NCBI GenBank assembly: GCA_035544015.1
Contig: DATKIP010000076.1
Span: 256,299-320,298 of the forward strand
Direction of reading: 5' to 3'
Source: Candidatus Saccharimonadia bacterium
GTDB taxonomy: Bacteria > Patescibacteriota > Saccharimonadia > UBA4664
DNA: 64,000 bases
Below, piece after piece: positions 28,133 to 39,300 of the stretch. The position numbers and the translations under genes are program-made. Each line of letters begins with the position of its first letter. The stretch's first letter is position 1. Under the pieces are notes generated by a model, which saw nothing but the letters and a program-made list of their open reading frames with translations, was not told where the DNA came from and made no database searches.

Positions 28133-29074
28133 ATGAAAGCAGCTCAGGCCGTTAAATATGGCGGTCAGGAAGCCGTAAAAACCGACCCAAACGCCCCGCG
28201 GCCAACCATTACGGCCGATCAAGTGTTGGTGGAGGTGTACGCCGCCGGCGTCAACCCATTTGACTTCAAAGTTCGCGAAGGCCAGGTACGCCAGATGGCC
28301 GAGCTCACCTTCCCCGCTACCCTGGGCGGTGATCTGGCCGGCGTGGTGGCTGAAGTAGGGGAGAACGTTCAGGGCCTCACACCCGGCACCGCTGTCTACG
28401 GACAGGCCGGCGCCCTCAGCGGCCACGGCTCGTTTGCCGAATACGCACCCGTAGCGTCAGGCTCGCTCGCCCCCAAACCCGCCAATCTCGACTTCATCCA
28501 GGCCGCCGCCCTCCCGCTCGCGGCCGTCAGCGCGTATCAAGCGCTCGTTGAGGTAGCCGGGCTCGCCGGGGGCCAAACCGTTCTGATCCACGGCGGCGCC
28601 GGCGGTATCGGCAGCCTGGCCATCCAGATCGCCGCCCACCTCGGTGCCCGTGTCACCGCCACCGCCGCCGGTGCGCACAAGGATTACGTGCTGAGCCTCG
28701 GCGCCAACACCGCGCTCGACTACCAAGCCGAGCCCCTTACCGCCCAGTCCGGCCGCTACGACGTCGTGTTCGACACCGTCGGCGACGACGTTTACGAGCA
28801 ATCCTTTGCCGTCATCAAACCCGGCGGCATCGTCGTCACCATGAGTGCCCGCCCCAACGAGGCGCTGGCCGCCGAGCACCACGCCCGCACCGCCGGCATG
28901 CACACCCAAGTGACCGCCGAGCGCCTAGCCGCCGTCACCAAGCTGGTAGAGGCCGGCGTCCTCGCTCCCCATGTCGACAAGGTCTTTCCGCTCGACGAGG
29001 CCGCCGCCGCCCTCGACTACCTCCAGCACGGCCGACCCAAGGGCAAGGTCGTGATCGCGGTCAAGCCTTCTTAG
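28133..29074 (+). CDS. NADP-dependent oxidoreductase (MDR/quinone oxidoreductase-like)
   Basis: AAGVNPFD, VLIHGGAGGIG, GKVVI. Confidence 0.92.
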   Translation: MKAAQAVKYGGQEAVKTDPNAPRPTITADQVLVEVYAAGVNPFDFKVREGQVRQMAELTFPATLGGDLAGVVAEVGENVQGLTPGTAVYGQAGALSGHGSFAEYAPVASGSLAPKPANLDFIQAAALPLAAVSAYQALVEVAGLAGGQTVLIHGGAGGIGSLAIQIAAHLGARVTATAAGAHKDYVLSLGANTALDYQAEPLTAQSGRYDVVFDTVGDDVYEQSFAVIKPGGIVVTMSARPNEALAAEHHARTAGMHTQVTAERLAAVTKLVEAGVLAPHVDKVFPLDEAAAALDYLQHGRPKGKVVIAVKPS

Positions 29075-29375
29075 CCGGCAGACTATCCGCCGTTTCGCGA
29101 ATCAACCTCGCCATCCACGCCGCATCGTCCCAGTAATCTTCGGGCACCCGAATCGAAGGCTTAGCCCCGGGATAGGCCGGGTAGTCATACGACTCGTCCA
29201 GATACGGACGGCTCGCGGAAGTGATCTTTACGTACAGCTGATCGTCGCAAATGAGCGCCACCACCTTGTCGTCGCAGTACAGCGCATATTCCCCAAACAT
29301 GGCTCGTGTGCGAATGTTGCCCGCGCCCGCGGTTTGTTCCGCCAAAAATTCTACCGTGCGTTTATCGGTCGCCAT
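29061..29375 (-). CDS. TfoX/Sxy N-terminal domain protein
   Basis: RAMFGEYALYCD.KVVALICDDQLYVK, YPGAK. Confidence 0.88.
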   Translation of the reverse strand: MATDKRTVEFLAEQTAGAGNIRTRAMFGEYALYCDDKVVALICDDQLYVKITSASRPYLDESYDYPAYPGAKPSIRVPEDYWDDAAWMARLIRETADSLPAKKA

Positions 29376-29390
29376 CGCGTTACGTCCTAA

Positions 29391-30992
29391 TTACCGCAGC
29401 ACGTCGTCACGCTTATCGCGCAAAAACGCATTCCACTGCTCAATAATCCGCAGCAGCGTCTTAAACGGTGTCTCGATAATAATGTCCAAAATCGCCGTAA
29501 AAATATTAATCCGGCTATAGCGTTCGGCCAGCCATTGCCCCGTGCGAATGAACGGCGTCAGCAAAAAATCGCTAAAACTCGTGAGCAGCCCGGCCTCCTC
29601 CTCGATCACCGCGTACTCCCGCACCGAATACGAGATGCGGTAGGCAAAAAAGCTAACGGTCGACAAAAACACAAAGAAAATAATCCCGCTCACGATATTA
29701 AACCCGGCCAGACGCAGCAAGTACGAAATCCCGGCCAGCGTCGCTAGTGAGGTCACACCGTAAACAAAACTAAAGGCCTGCCGCGTCATCGAGCGCCGGC
29801 CTCGAGTACGCAGCGAGTACACCAGCGGTTGGTCCGATTCGTAAACAATGCGCTTGAGATCGCTCAAAATCTTGGTCGTATTGCGCTGGCCCGGAATTTT
29901 AATACCAAAGCCCACCATCGCCATATAAAACGGCGGGAAAGCCAAATTTATCGCCAACGGCACGTAGCTAATGGCCCCGTACACAAACATCTCATACGGC
30001 ACTTCCACGAGAATCCCCAACACCATTTTGGTCACAAACAAAAAGATAACGGCTTGAATCACGCTCCGCCGCAGCCGGCCCGACACCACTTGGTATTGTT
30101 GCTCGGCCACGCTGCGGGCTTTTTCCATCAGCACGGTCGGGGTAGTCGCCAGCTGCTCCAATCCTTCGGTGCTGGTTTTGATAATCTCGCGCAATATCAG
30201 ATACGGCGCGATGTGCCGCCGCACCAGGCGGAACATTTTGTGGGGCCGCGTACCTCCCGTTTGCTCGGCCAGCTGCGCATTGAGCTCGGCAAAATGCCCG
30301 GCCGCAGCCGCCAGCTGCTCGTCGTCTTCGAGCCAGCGCGGGAACGCCCGCGAAAACACGCCGTACCGAATCGTCGCGATATCAGATTTGAGCAGGGCCT
30401 TGTGCGCGGCCGCATAGAGCGCCAGCTGGTCTTCCTTGGCCACATCCGCATGTCGAATGAACGACGCGTAAGTGAACTCCACAATCGCCGCCTCGCTGGG
30501 GCTGGGCAGCAAGGCGCGCTCCAGTTCCACCGAGAGCAGCTGCACGATGGCCGCCGCCACCGCCTCTTCGTCGGCCCCGCCCTGGCTCAGCGCCCCTTGC
30601 TGTAAGGCGGCGTAGCGTCCCACCAGGTAATCCAAGTAAGCCACTTCGTCGTCCGTGACCGTGTCGTTGTGCAGGTAGCGCGTTTTGGTGAGCTCACTTA
30701 CGAGCTCAAACCCCAGGCCGTCAGTGTCGGCCGACTTGAGCTCGCGCAGCAAAAACCGCTCGATCGCCCCGCGCACAAACAGGTGCTGCTCGCGATATTC
30801 CACGGCGTTGCGGATTTGTTCATAAAAAAAATGCGCCCCGGCCGTAATTTCGGGCACATGAATTTTGACACCACTCCACGTCGGCCGCGACCGATGGCGC
30901 AGCAGCTGCACGAGGCCCTGCATGAGGGGTGAAAGTTTCGGAGCCGTCTCGGTAGGAGTGGTCTGGGCCTGGCTCTCAAGCGGATTTCGCAT
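29391..30992 (-). CDS. Conserved hypothetical membrane protein (helical cytosolic domain plus about four TM segments)
   Basis: True start MRNPLE (30992) lies 6 nt after [29 protein letters not shown] motif. The ORF-track extension to 32210 is antisense to pgi. Confidence 0.8.
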   Translation of the reverse strand: MRNPLESQAQTTPTETAPKLSPLMQGLVQLLRHRSRPTWSGVKIHVPEITAGAHFFYEQIRNAVEYREQHLFVRGAIERFLLRELKSADTDGLGFELVSELTKTRYLHNDTVTDDEVAYLDYLVGRYAALQQGALSQGGADEEAVAAAIVQLLSVELERALLPSPSEAAIVEFTYASFIRHADVAKEDQLALYAAAHKALLKSDIATIRYGVFSRAFPRWLEDDEQLAAAAGHFAELNAQLAEQTGGTRPHKMFRLVRRHIAPYLILREIIKTSTEGLEQLATTPTVLMEKARSVAEQQYQVVSGRLRRSVIQAVIFLFVTKMVLGILVEVPYEMFVYGAISYVPLAINLAFPPFYMAMVGFGIKIPGQRNTTKILSDLKRIVYESDQPLVYSLRTRGRRSMTRQAFSFVYGVTSLATLAGISYLLRLAGFNIVSGIIFFVFLSTVSFFAYRISYSVREYAVIEEEAGLLTSFSDFLLTPFIRTGQWLAERYSRINIFTAILDIIIETPFKTLLRIIEQWNAFLRDKRDDVLR

Positions 30993-31025
30993 ACAACAAT
31001 TATACCAAACATGTACAATCGAACC

Positions 31026-32606
31026 ATGAAACTCACCAATCTGCCCGAATGGAAGTCCCTCGAGCAACATCACGTTACCGTCAAAGATATGCACCTGCGC
31101 GAATTGTTTGCCGCTAGCCCCGGCCGGGCCGAGGTACTCAGCCTCGAAGTCGGCGACATTTTCGCCGACTATTCCAAAAACCGGCTCACGGTCACCACGC
31201 TTGAACTGCTCGTGGATTTGGCGCGCGCGGCCGGCGTGGAGCGCCTGCGCGACGACATGTTCGCCGGCGTCCCCATCAATACCACCGAGAATCGCGCCGT
31301 GCTCCACACAGCCCTGCGCCGCCCCGCCTCGGCCGGCCCACTCGTGGTAGACGGCGCCGATGTGATGCCCGCCGTTCACGAGGTGCTCGACCGCATGGGC
31401 GCCTTTGCCGAAGCCGTGCGCTCCGGCGAGTGGCGCGGCCACACGGACAAGCGCATCACCACCGTCATCAACATCGGCATCGGCGGCTCCGACCTCGGCC
31501 CGGTAATGGCCTATGAGGCCCTGCGCTTCTACGCACAGCGCGATCTCACGGTGAAATTCGTCTCCAACATCGACGCCACCCACCTCGTAGAAGCCACCCG
31601 CGGCCTCGACCCAGCCGAAACACTCTTTATCATCGCGTCCAAAACCTTCACCACGGACGAAACCATGACCAACGCGGCATCGGCCCGCGAGTGGCTGCTG
31701 GCCGCCCTCCACGACGAAGCCGCCGTGGCCAAGCACTTTGTGGCCGTATCCACCAACGCCGAAGCGGTGACCGCCTTCGGCATAGACCCGGCCAACATGT
31801 TTGGCTTTTGGGATTGGGTCGGCGGCCGGTACTCGCTCACTTCGGCCATCGGCCTGTCGCTCATGGTCGCCATCGGCCGCGACCACTTCGCCGATCTGCT
31901 CGCCGGCTTCCACGCCATGGACAGGCACTTCCGCACCGCCCCGCTCGAGCACAACCTGCCCGTCACCCTGGCCCTCATCGGCCTCTGGTACACCAATTTC
32001 TTCCATGCCGAAACCGAAGCCATCCTCCCCTACGACCAATACCTCAGCCGTTTCCCAGCTTATTTTCAGCAAGGCAACATGGAATCCAACGGCAAGTCCG
32101 TCACCAAGGCCGGCGAACCAGTCGATTACGCCACCGGCCCGGTTGTCTGGGGCGAGCCCGGCACCAACGGCCAGCACGCCTTTTACCAGCTCATCCACCA
32201 AGGCACGCACCTCGTCCCCGCCGATTTTATTGGCTTCACCAAGCCACTAAACCCACTCGGCCAACACCACCCCAAGCTCATGGCCAACCTCCTGGCCCAA
32301 ACCGAAGCCCTCGCCTTCGGCAAAGCCTCGGATGAGCCCCACCGCAATTTCCCCGGCAACCACCCCACCAACACCCTCCTCGTCACCCAGCTCACCCCCC
32401 ACACCCTCGGCCAGCTCATCGCCCTCTACGAGCACAAAATTTTCGTCCAAGGCGCCATCTGGCAAATCGATTCCTTCGACCAATGGGGCGTCGAGCTCGG
32501 CAAAGTCCTGGCCAAAACCATTTACACTGACCTGCAAGCCGGTCACCCTTCCGAGCACGACAGCTCCACCGCGCAACTCATCGAGCGCTACCTTCACGGC
32601 CGCTAA
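31026..32606 (+). CDS. pgi: Glucose-6-phosphate isomerase
   Basis: [47 protein letters not shown]. Confidence 0.97.
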   Translation: MKLTNLPEWKSLEQHHVTVKDMHLRELFAASPGRAEVLSLEVGDIFADYSKNRLTVTTLELLVDLARAAGVERLRDDMFAGVPINTTENRAVLHTALRRPASAGPLVVDGADVMPAVHEVLDRMGAFAEAVRSGEWRGHTDKRITTVINIGIGGSDLGPVMAYEALRFYAQRDLTVKFVSNIDATHLVEATRGLDPAETLFIIASKTFTTDETMTNAASAREWLLAALHDEAAVAKHFVAVSTNAEAVTAFGIDPANMFGFWDWVGGRYSLTSAIGLSLMVAIGRDHFADLLAGFHAMDRHFRTAPLEHNLPVTLALIGLWYTNFFHAETEAILPYDQYLSRFPAYFQQGNMESNGKSVTKAGEPVDYATGPVVWGEPGTNGQHAFYQLIHQGTHLVPADFIGFTKPLNPLGQHHPKLMANLLAQTEALAFGKASDEPHRNFPGNHPTNTLLVTQLTPHTLGQLIALYEHKIFVQGAIWQIDSFDQWGVELGKVLAKTIYTDLQAGHPSEHDSSTAQLIERYLHGR

Positions 32607-32708
32607 CCACGCTACATTTGCAAAAAATTATTTCCCCCTTATAATCCATACCGGCCGGATGGTCCGGCAGTGGTTTGGTCGCTCTGTAGAGCAGATAAGG
32701 GCACATAG

Positions 32709-32933
32709 ATGAATACTCTGTTCAGTAGGCCGGGCAGCACCTCGCGCACAAGCGGCCGCAACCGGCCGTCCTTGTGGTTTGTCCTCCTGTGTGTTGGGAT
32801 CGTGCTGGCCGCCCTCGCGTGGCGGAGCTCCTCGGCCGGTCCCCCGTCCAATTCTCGGCCCGGTCGGCCCGCCGTTCACTCAACCGTCGTCCACCACCCG
32901 CCGACGACACCAGCGCACACCCCGAACCACTAG
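32709..32933 (+). CDS. Small single-TM orphan protein with Pro/His-rich tail
   Basis: TTGCAA-16-TATAAT promoter (32618-32645), SD AAGG, one TM segment. Confidence 0.5.
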   Translation: MNTLFSRPGSTSRTSGRNRPSLWFVLLCVGIVLAALAWRSSSAGPPSNSRPGRPAVHSTVVHHPPTTPAHTPNH

Positions 32934-33030
32934 CACCACCTCCGGCACCCGTCGGGATGAGGCCACACGGCCACATCCCGACGGCCAGCCCCTCGTCATG
33001 CACTCAGCAAAGTTCTTCTATACTATGATC

Positions 33031-33531
33031 ATGCCATCCCTTCGCATTCAAGTCGAAACAACCCCTTCGCCCGCCATTCAGGCCAAAGTAGCAGCATTTC
33101 TCACCGGCCATTGGGGCAGCACATCTATCGTATCCAAAGGCCGACTTCATAACGCCTCCACGCTGCCGCGCGTGGCTGCGCTCACTGATCAAGACGAACT
33201 GGCTGGCCTAGCCACCTTCAGTATCGATACATCAGCCCACGCCTGCGAAATTGTCTCGCTCAACGCCGACCCACCTGGCACCGGCTTGGGCGCCAGCCTC
33301 ATCACGGCCGTAGAATCCGCCGCCAAAGCCGCGGGCTGTCACAAAACCTGGCTCATCACCACCAACTCCAATCCCGAAGCCGCCGCGTTCTACACTAAAC
33401 ACGGGTACCGGCTCGTCGCCGTACACCTCGACGCGCTTACGCAGTCGCGCCGGCTCAAACCCCAGATCCCCCTCCAAGACGATCGCGGCATCCCCCTGCT
33501 CGACGAATGGGAATTCGAAAAATCTCTCTAG
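33031..33531 (+). CDS. GNAT acetyltransferase
   Basis: EIVSLNA..PGTGLG, WLITTNSN..A..FY...GY, SRRLKPQIP. Confidence 0.88.
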   Translation: MPSLRIQVETTPSPAIQAKVAAFLTGHWGSTSIVSKGRLHNASTLPRVAALTDQDELAGLATFSIDTSAHACEIVSLNADPPGTGLGASLITAVESAAKAAGCHKTWLITTNSNPEAAAFYTKHGYRLVAVHLDALTQSRRLKPQIPLQDDRGIPLLDEWEFEKSL

Positions 33532-33556
33532 TACGCCGTTCGTAGCGCAGACTCGC

Positions 33557-33592
33557 CAAAAAATGACACAAAGTGTCAAAAATTCCCCATGC
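33557..33592. repeat. Dispersed 36-bp repeat, copy 1 (TGACA-N5-TGTCA core)
   Basis: CAAAAAATGACACAAAGTGTCAAAAATTCCCCATGC, 34/36 identical to 44194-44229. Confidence 0.85.
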
Positions 33593-33681
33593 ACAGAGCA
33601 CTACTCAACCATCGCTGAGGTTTACACGCCCGCCGAACCCCACATGATCACCAAGCTTTCTCGGAGCTAATCCCTATCGCC

Positions 33682-36054
33682 CTACTCCGGCAGCAACGCA
33701 AATGTCTCACTAGCGCTAGCCGGCGCTGTGCAAAGCCCCGAGACCAGGCTGCCCGTTAAGCTAATGTGATACAGCCCCAGCTGCTTATAGGTGTGGCTGC
33801 CATAAGTCGCCACCTTATCAGTAGCACTGCCCGGCAGGGTATAATCGCTCGCCGTCCCGTCGCCCCACACCGCGTGCACACCATAGGTGCAGTCCGACGT
33901 GTCGCCGCGATACGTCGCCTGCACCGTCACCGTCGGATCAGTACTCTCGCATTGCGTCAGATGCCCGCCGCCAAACACGCACGGCACTGAGCTGGGTGGA
34001 AAGCAGCGCACCGCTTCCGGCGCGCTAATTACATGGAAGCTCTGCCCAGGCACCGGCTTGCCGTACGTATTAGCGGCGTTCACAATGCACTGCCGCACCT
34101 CCCCAGCCGACATGTCTGGATGCTTCGCCAGCACCAGGCCCGCCAGTCCGCTCACAAACGGCGCGGCCAAAGACGTTCCCGATGCGGTCGTATATTGCGG
34201 TCCGCAATTGGTAATGACCACAAAACACGTTGTGCCGGACGTGGTGTAAATGTCCTTCCCCGGCGCCGCCACGGTGATGAGCGAACCAAAGTCCGATCCG
34301 CCCTGTTTCCCCAAGAACGACTCATCCCACAGGCCACCCGTCTGGTCGATGGCCGCCACCGCCATTGTATTGTCTGGATAGTCCCGCACGATGCTGGCCG
34401 GCGCCGAGTATTTAACATCGCGGCATTCATTGCCTGCCGCAAACACCCACAGCACGTCCTTGCCGGTGAGCTTGGCCCACTCAATGCCGTACTTAAAGAT
34501 ACCGTCGTACAAGCGCGCATCCTGCTCGGTCTGAGCGTTGCCCGGCTTCGTGCAGTCATTATTATCAATCCACTGCAGACTCATATTCACCACCTGCATG
34601 TCATCGTTGGCCGCGGCTTGCATCATTTCCACCGCCCGGATCGCGCTGCGCCGGCTGTCTTGCTCATTGGCCTCTCCATGGGTAAAGCCCACCGAGTAGT
34701 TGGAGAGCGCACAACGCCAGTTCATCCCGGCAATGCCCTTGCCATTGTTGCCGCTGGCACAGATCGGCCCCGCCACCATGCTGCCGTGGATTGCGTCGGT
34801 GATGGCATTCGTCTCCGATCGATAGCCCTTGGTCGCCACGATGTTGCCCACCAAATCCTCATGCTTCGAATTAAACCGCGCATCGATCACCCCCATGCGC
34901 ACATTCGGACTGCCCGTAGTAATGTCCCAGGCACTCGGCGCCTTAATGTACTCCCAGCTCCAATTGTTGCCGGCCGGGTGAGCCTCATCCCAGGAGTTAA
35001 ATTTGGGGTCATCGGGAATCGCCGCCTCAGCTGCCGACACCGGGTCTGGCGACGCCAACTGCACATCGGCAAGCCCAGCCACCTGCCCGCGGATTGCCTC
35101 CAGCTGATCCAAGCTCGCTACCTGGTAGCGTAGCTGATACAAGTGCAGGCTCGGCACCGACCCCATGATCACCGCGTGCGTCTGCGAGGCAATGTCCTTG
35201 ATGCGCTGGTCGGCGTTGACCAGCCCGAGGCCTAGCCCCACGATGAGCTCATCCTTGGCCACATCCACGCCCCGTAGCGATGCGATGCGCGCCTCCGACG
35301 GCAGGGCGCTGGTGGACGGGACCACGTTGCTGGTCGCCACCCGGGCCGTCACCTTCATGCTCGCGCGCGCCATCACCCGCCCGTCCGACCGCACCTCGAT
35401 CGTGCCCGTGTACTTGCCGCCCGACCGTTTGTCCGGCACTGTCACCGTGGCCGGCAGCACGTACGCCACGCCAGCCGCAATGTCCGTCAGCCCGTCGGCC
35501 TCTACCGCCACCAGCTTCGCGAGCTCGCCTGTCGCCCTCAGGCTCACCTTGCTCAATGCCACCTTCGATGTCAGCGTCAGTTCCAGGCTCGTGTCCGTCC
35601 CCGCCAGCCCCTCCACTGCGATCGGGTCAGGAGCCCAAACCACCCGGTCCGGCAACGTCACGATCACAGCGCGAGAACGGGCCACCTCATGGTTATGGCT
35701 GCTATAAATCTTGGCCTCAATCTTCAGCCTCTGGGTGTGCATATCGTTATAAAACGGCGCCAAGGGCACTGTCACCGTGGTCGTGCTCGCCGTGGCCGGG
35801 GGCACCATCTGCACCTGGCGCGTCGATCCGTTCACGATCACCTCCACCGCCGTTACCGGCTTGCCCGTTCGCCCAGAGGCGTAGTCGGCTCGGACCTTCA
35901 CATAATCCTTAGCATCATCAATGCTAGCCACCACCGCCACCTTGGCCGGTTGCCCGCCGTCCCCAAACCCCGGCCACAAATTCGCCGCCCCCGCTGACGC
36001 CGGCAGTGCTGCCACCAATAACAATCCAAAAAAAGATAGAAGTTTATATCGCAT
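33682..36054 (-). CDS. Secreted S8 subtilase with N-terminal Ig-like domains and C-terminal PKD-like domain
   Basis: Signal peptide. Catalytic motifs GVIDA, HGSMVAG, AAGN, GTSLAAP. WGDGT PKD motif. Confidence 0.92.
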   Translation of the reverse strand: MRYKLLSFFGLLLVAALPASAGAANLWPGFGDGGQPAKVAVVASIDDAKDYVKVRADYASGRTGKPVTAVEVIVNGSTRQVQMVPPATASTTTVTVPLAPFYNDMHTQRLKIEAKIYSSHNHEVARSRAVIVTLPDRVVWAPDPIAVEGLAGTDTSLELTLTSKVALSKVSLRATGELAKLVAVEADGLTDIAAGVAYVLPATVTVPDKRSGGKYTGTIEVRSDGRVMARASMKVTARVATSNVVPSTSALPSEARIASLRGVDVAKDELIVGLGLGLVNADQRIKDIASQTHAVIMGSVPSLHLYQLRYQVASLDQLEAIRGQVAGLADVQLASPDPVSAAEAAIPDDPKFNSWDEAHPAGNNWSWEYIKAPSAWDITTGSPNVRMGVIDARFNSKHEDLVGNIVATKGYRSETNAITDAIHGSMVAGPICASGNNGKGIAGMNWRCALSNYSVGFTHGEANEQDSRRSAIRAVEMMQAAANDDMQVVNMSLQWIDNNDCTKPGNAQTEQDARLYDGIFKYGIEWAKLTGKDVLWVFAAGNECRDVKYSAPASIVRDYPDNTMAVAAIDQTGGLWDESFLGKQGGSDFGSLITVAAPGKDIYTTSGTTCFVVITNCGPQYTTASGTSLAAPFVSGLAGLVLAKHPDMSAGEVRQCIVNAANTYGKPVPGQSFHVISAPEAVRCFPPSSVPCVFGGGHLTQCESTDPTVTVQATYRGDTSDCTYGVHAVWGDGTASDYTLPGSATDKVATYGSHTYKQLGLYHISLTGSLVSGLCTAPASASETFALLPE

Positions 36055-36136
36055 GCCTTCTATGATAATAAACAGCCCATCGCCCTGGCAACGACTTCTT
36101 GTGCTAAAGTGCAAGCATTACAAAAGCGAGGGCATC

Positions 36137-36226
36137 ATGGGTAAAGGCAAAGATAAAGGCACCAAAAGCAACCGGGAGGCCAAAAAGCCCAAGGGACCCA
36201 AGAAAGAAAAGAAGCCCAAAGTTTAA
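36137..36226 (+). CDS. 29-aa Lys-rich small basic peptide
   Basis: MGKGKDKGTKSNREAKKPKGPKKEKKPKV with SD GAGG upstream. Confidence 0.55.
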   Translation: MGKGKDKGTKSNREAKKPKGPKKEKKPKV

Positions 36227-36244
36227 TCAAGCGGGGTAGGCGAA

Positions 36245-36337
36245 AGGAAAAGCCCCAACCCGCCGGCAACGCCCGACAACCACTGCATCGTTAAACGTAG
36301 AAGGTAGAGTTCGTTGACAAGGGTTGGGGCTTTTCCT
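36245..36337. repeat. 17-bp perfect inverted repeat enclosing 59 nt (terminator or MITE-like)
   Basis: AGGAAAAGCCCCAACCC / GGGTTGGGGCTTTTCCT, between convergent genes. Confidence 0.75.
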
Positions 36338-36358
36338 GCAGCAAAAACAGTGCGCTTA

Positions 36359-39300
36359 CTAATCCTCGCGCTCGCACCAAGCGCGCGCATTCTGAAACAT
36401 CCGCAGCCACGGACTCGCCTCAAACCCCTGCCATTCCGTCGGCAGCCACGGCCACTGCCATAGCGCATTGGCCATGCGCTCCGGGTGCGGCATCATGGCC
36501 AGATGGCGGCCGTCGGGTGAGCACAGCGCCGTGATGCCTTCGGGGCTGCCGTTGGGGTTAAACGGATAGGCCGTGGTCGGCCCGCCGTCGGGCTCCACAA
36601 AGCGCAGGGGCGCCAAATTGCCCGCACGAATATCGCGCAGCACCTCCGGCGTCGGCACGTGCAGCCGGCCTTCGCCGTGCGCCACCCATACCCCGAGCCG
36701 CGAGCCCTCCATGCCAGCGAGCATGATCGCCGGGCTCGGTCCAATCTCTACCGTTGCCAGCCGCGACTCAAACCGGCCCGACGCGTTCTGCACAAACCGC
36801 GGCTTCTCGTCGTCCGGCAGCTGCGCAAACGGCGCCCAACCCAACAGTGCCATGAGCTGCGCCCCGTTGCATACGCCGAGCGAAAACGTGTCGGTGCGGG
36901 CATAAAAGCTCGCAAACTGATCCGCCAGGACCGGGTTAAATCGAATGACTCCGGCCGAACCCTTACCCGCGTCGAGCACGTCGCCAAAGGAAAACCCACC
37001 CGGAAACGCCACGCCGCGAAATTGCTCCAACCCCACGCTGCCCGTTAGCAAATCGCTCATGGTAACGTCCCAGGCCTCAAAACCGGCCGCCACAAACGCC
37101 GCCGCCATCTCGCGGTCGCCGTTGGTGCCGGCTTCGCGCAGCACCGCCACCTTGGGCGCCGCCAATCCCGGCCCAATAACGGTCGCCGCGGAGGGCGAGA
37201 CCGGCTTAAAGGTCAAATGCCAGCGCGGATTCACGCGCGGCGCGGCCATCACCGCCGCCTCATCGGCCACCAGTTTGGGGTTGGCCTGGAGCGCGTCGAG
37301 TCGGCTACTAGTGGCTTCCCAGAGCCCGCGCAGCTCGTGCAGCGGTACATCGACCAGCGCGTGGCCGCCGGCGCTCACGCGCACCGGAGCGCCCGCCTCG
37401 CCCACGCGCCCCACCGTGGTGTGCGCTACGCCGTCGCTGTCGAGCTCAGCCCGCACTGCCTCGGCCGCGGCCGGCGCCACTTCGAGCAGCACGCCCAGTT
37501 CTTCGCAAAACAGTGCCGCCAGCGGCTCCTCCGCACCCGGCAGCTCAAGCTCCAGGCCCAGGTTACCCGCCAGTGCCATCTCGATAGCCGTCACCACCAA
37601 GCCGCCGTCGCTGCGGTCGTGGAGCGCGCGCACGCGACCGCGCCGAATCAGCCCCTGCACGCTCACAAACGCTTGCCCCAGCACGGCCGGGTCATCGAGG
37701 TCGGGCGCCTCGTCGCCGATTTGCCCGTAGGCCTGCGCCAGCGCCGAGCCACCCAGCCGTGTGTGCCCGCCGCTCAAATCTACCAATATCAAAACATTGC
37801 CCGCACCCTTAAAATCGGGCGTGATTTTTTGGCGTACGTCCGGCATCACCGCATACGGCGCTACCACCAGCTGCCCCGGCGCCTTCACCATACCCCCTGG
37901 GGTTTGAGCGGCCATCGAGAGGCTGTCCTTGCCACCGTCCACCGCCATCCCCAGCGCGGTCATGGTGTCGCTCATGGCGACCGCCGCTTCATAGAGCCGC
38001 GCGCCCTCGCCCTCGAGCTTGGCCGGCCACATCCAGTTGGCGCTGGCCCGCACATCGCCCAGGTCCGAAATCCGCGCGCCCATCAGGTTGGTAATCGCCT
38101 CGCCCACCGTCATGCGGCCCTGCGCGCCCGGCGAGACCAGCCCAATGAGCGGCCGCTCGCCCTGGCTCACCACGGTACCGCTGTTGCCAAAGAGGCTATG
38201 CGCCACCACGCCGTAATCCGCCAGCGGGGTCTCGAGCGGTCCCACCCCTTGCTGCTGCGCGACGAGCCCGGTCACGCTCCGGTCAACCTTGCGCGTCAGC
38301 CAGCTTTTGGAGCCCACGCTCACCAGCCGCAGTACCCGCTCGAGCGCCTGGCGCACCGTCAGGTCGGCGGGCAACTTCAGCGGCCGCAGCACTGGCGGCT
38401 GCGTGGTGAGCTCCACCGTTTTGGCCACCGAGTCACCCAAGACAGCCTCAAGCGGCAGGTTTACCGGCGTCGTATCGTCGGTCGCATCGTGCACCACCAG
38501 CTGCCCATCACCGGTGATTTCGCCCACCACTGCCACCGGCGCTTTCTCGCGCGCGCAAATTGCCTCAAACCGCGCCAAATCCTCGGGCCGCAGTAGCAGC
38601 GCATCGCGCTCCTGCGATTCATTGCCCCAGATTTCCAGCACCGACAGCGTGGCGTCGCCCACCGGAATCGCGCGTAGCTCGATACGCCCGCCCACGGGGT
38701 TGGCAATCTCCGGCAGGGCATTCGAATCGCCGCCGGCGCCTAAATCGTGCGCCGACACAATCGGGTTACTCGCGCCCAGCTCCACGCAGGTGCGAATCAC
38801 GCGCCCCAGCCGCTGCTCCATCTCGGGGTCGCCGCGTTGCACCGCATTAAAATCGAGGGCCGCCGAGTTGTCACCGCTCATGAGCGAGCTGGCCGCACCT
38901 CCGCCCATGCCGATCCGGTACGCCGGGCCACCCACCTGCACGATGAGCATTCTTGGCTCGGGAAGGCCTTTTTCGGCATGATTCGCATCAAGCATACCCA
39001 CGCCCTCGCTGTACATCACCGGCTTAAACCATGCCCGGTAGCCGCCCGGCGTGGTTTGGCCGAACGTCCGCACGTGTCCCAAGAGCACCGGCTCGCCAAA
39101 GCAGTTACCGTAATCCGAGGCGCCATTCGAAGCCTCGATCAGAATGTCGAGCGGCGAAGCCAAATTCTCCGGATGCGCCACGCCGTCTTTCTCCCAGGGC
39201 AGTTCGTAGCCGGGAATGTGCAAATTCCCCACGCTGTAGCCCACCCCGCTCGCCACCACTAGGCCACCCCGCCCCACCGCCTGATTGTCGCGAATCCGCC

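Noticed and set aside
30993-32210. N-terminal 400-aa extension of the 939-aa minus-strand ORF
   Set aside because: Antisense shadow of pgi, typical of GC-rich DNA. The real gene starts at 30992 after a -10 box.
37217-38596. 459-aa plus-strand ORF and similar long Arg/His/Pro-rich ORFs (3160-4125, 4458-5648, 34033-35133, 47313-48650, 56110-57003)
   Set aside because: Alternative-frame or antisense shadows of well-supported genes, with low-complexity composition and no motifs.
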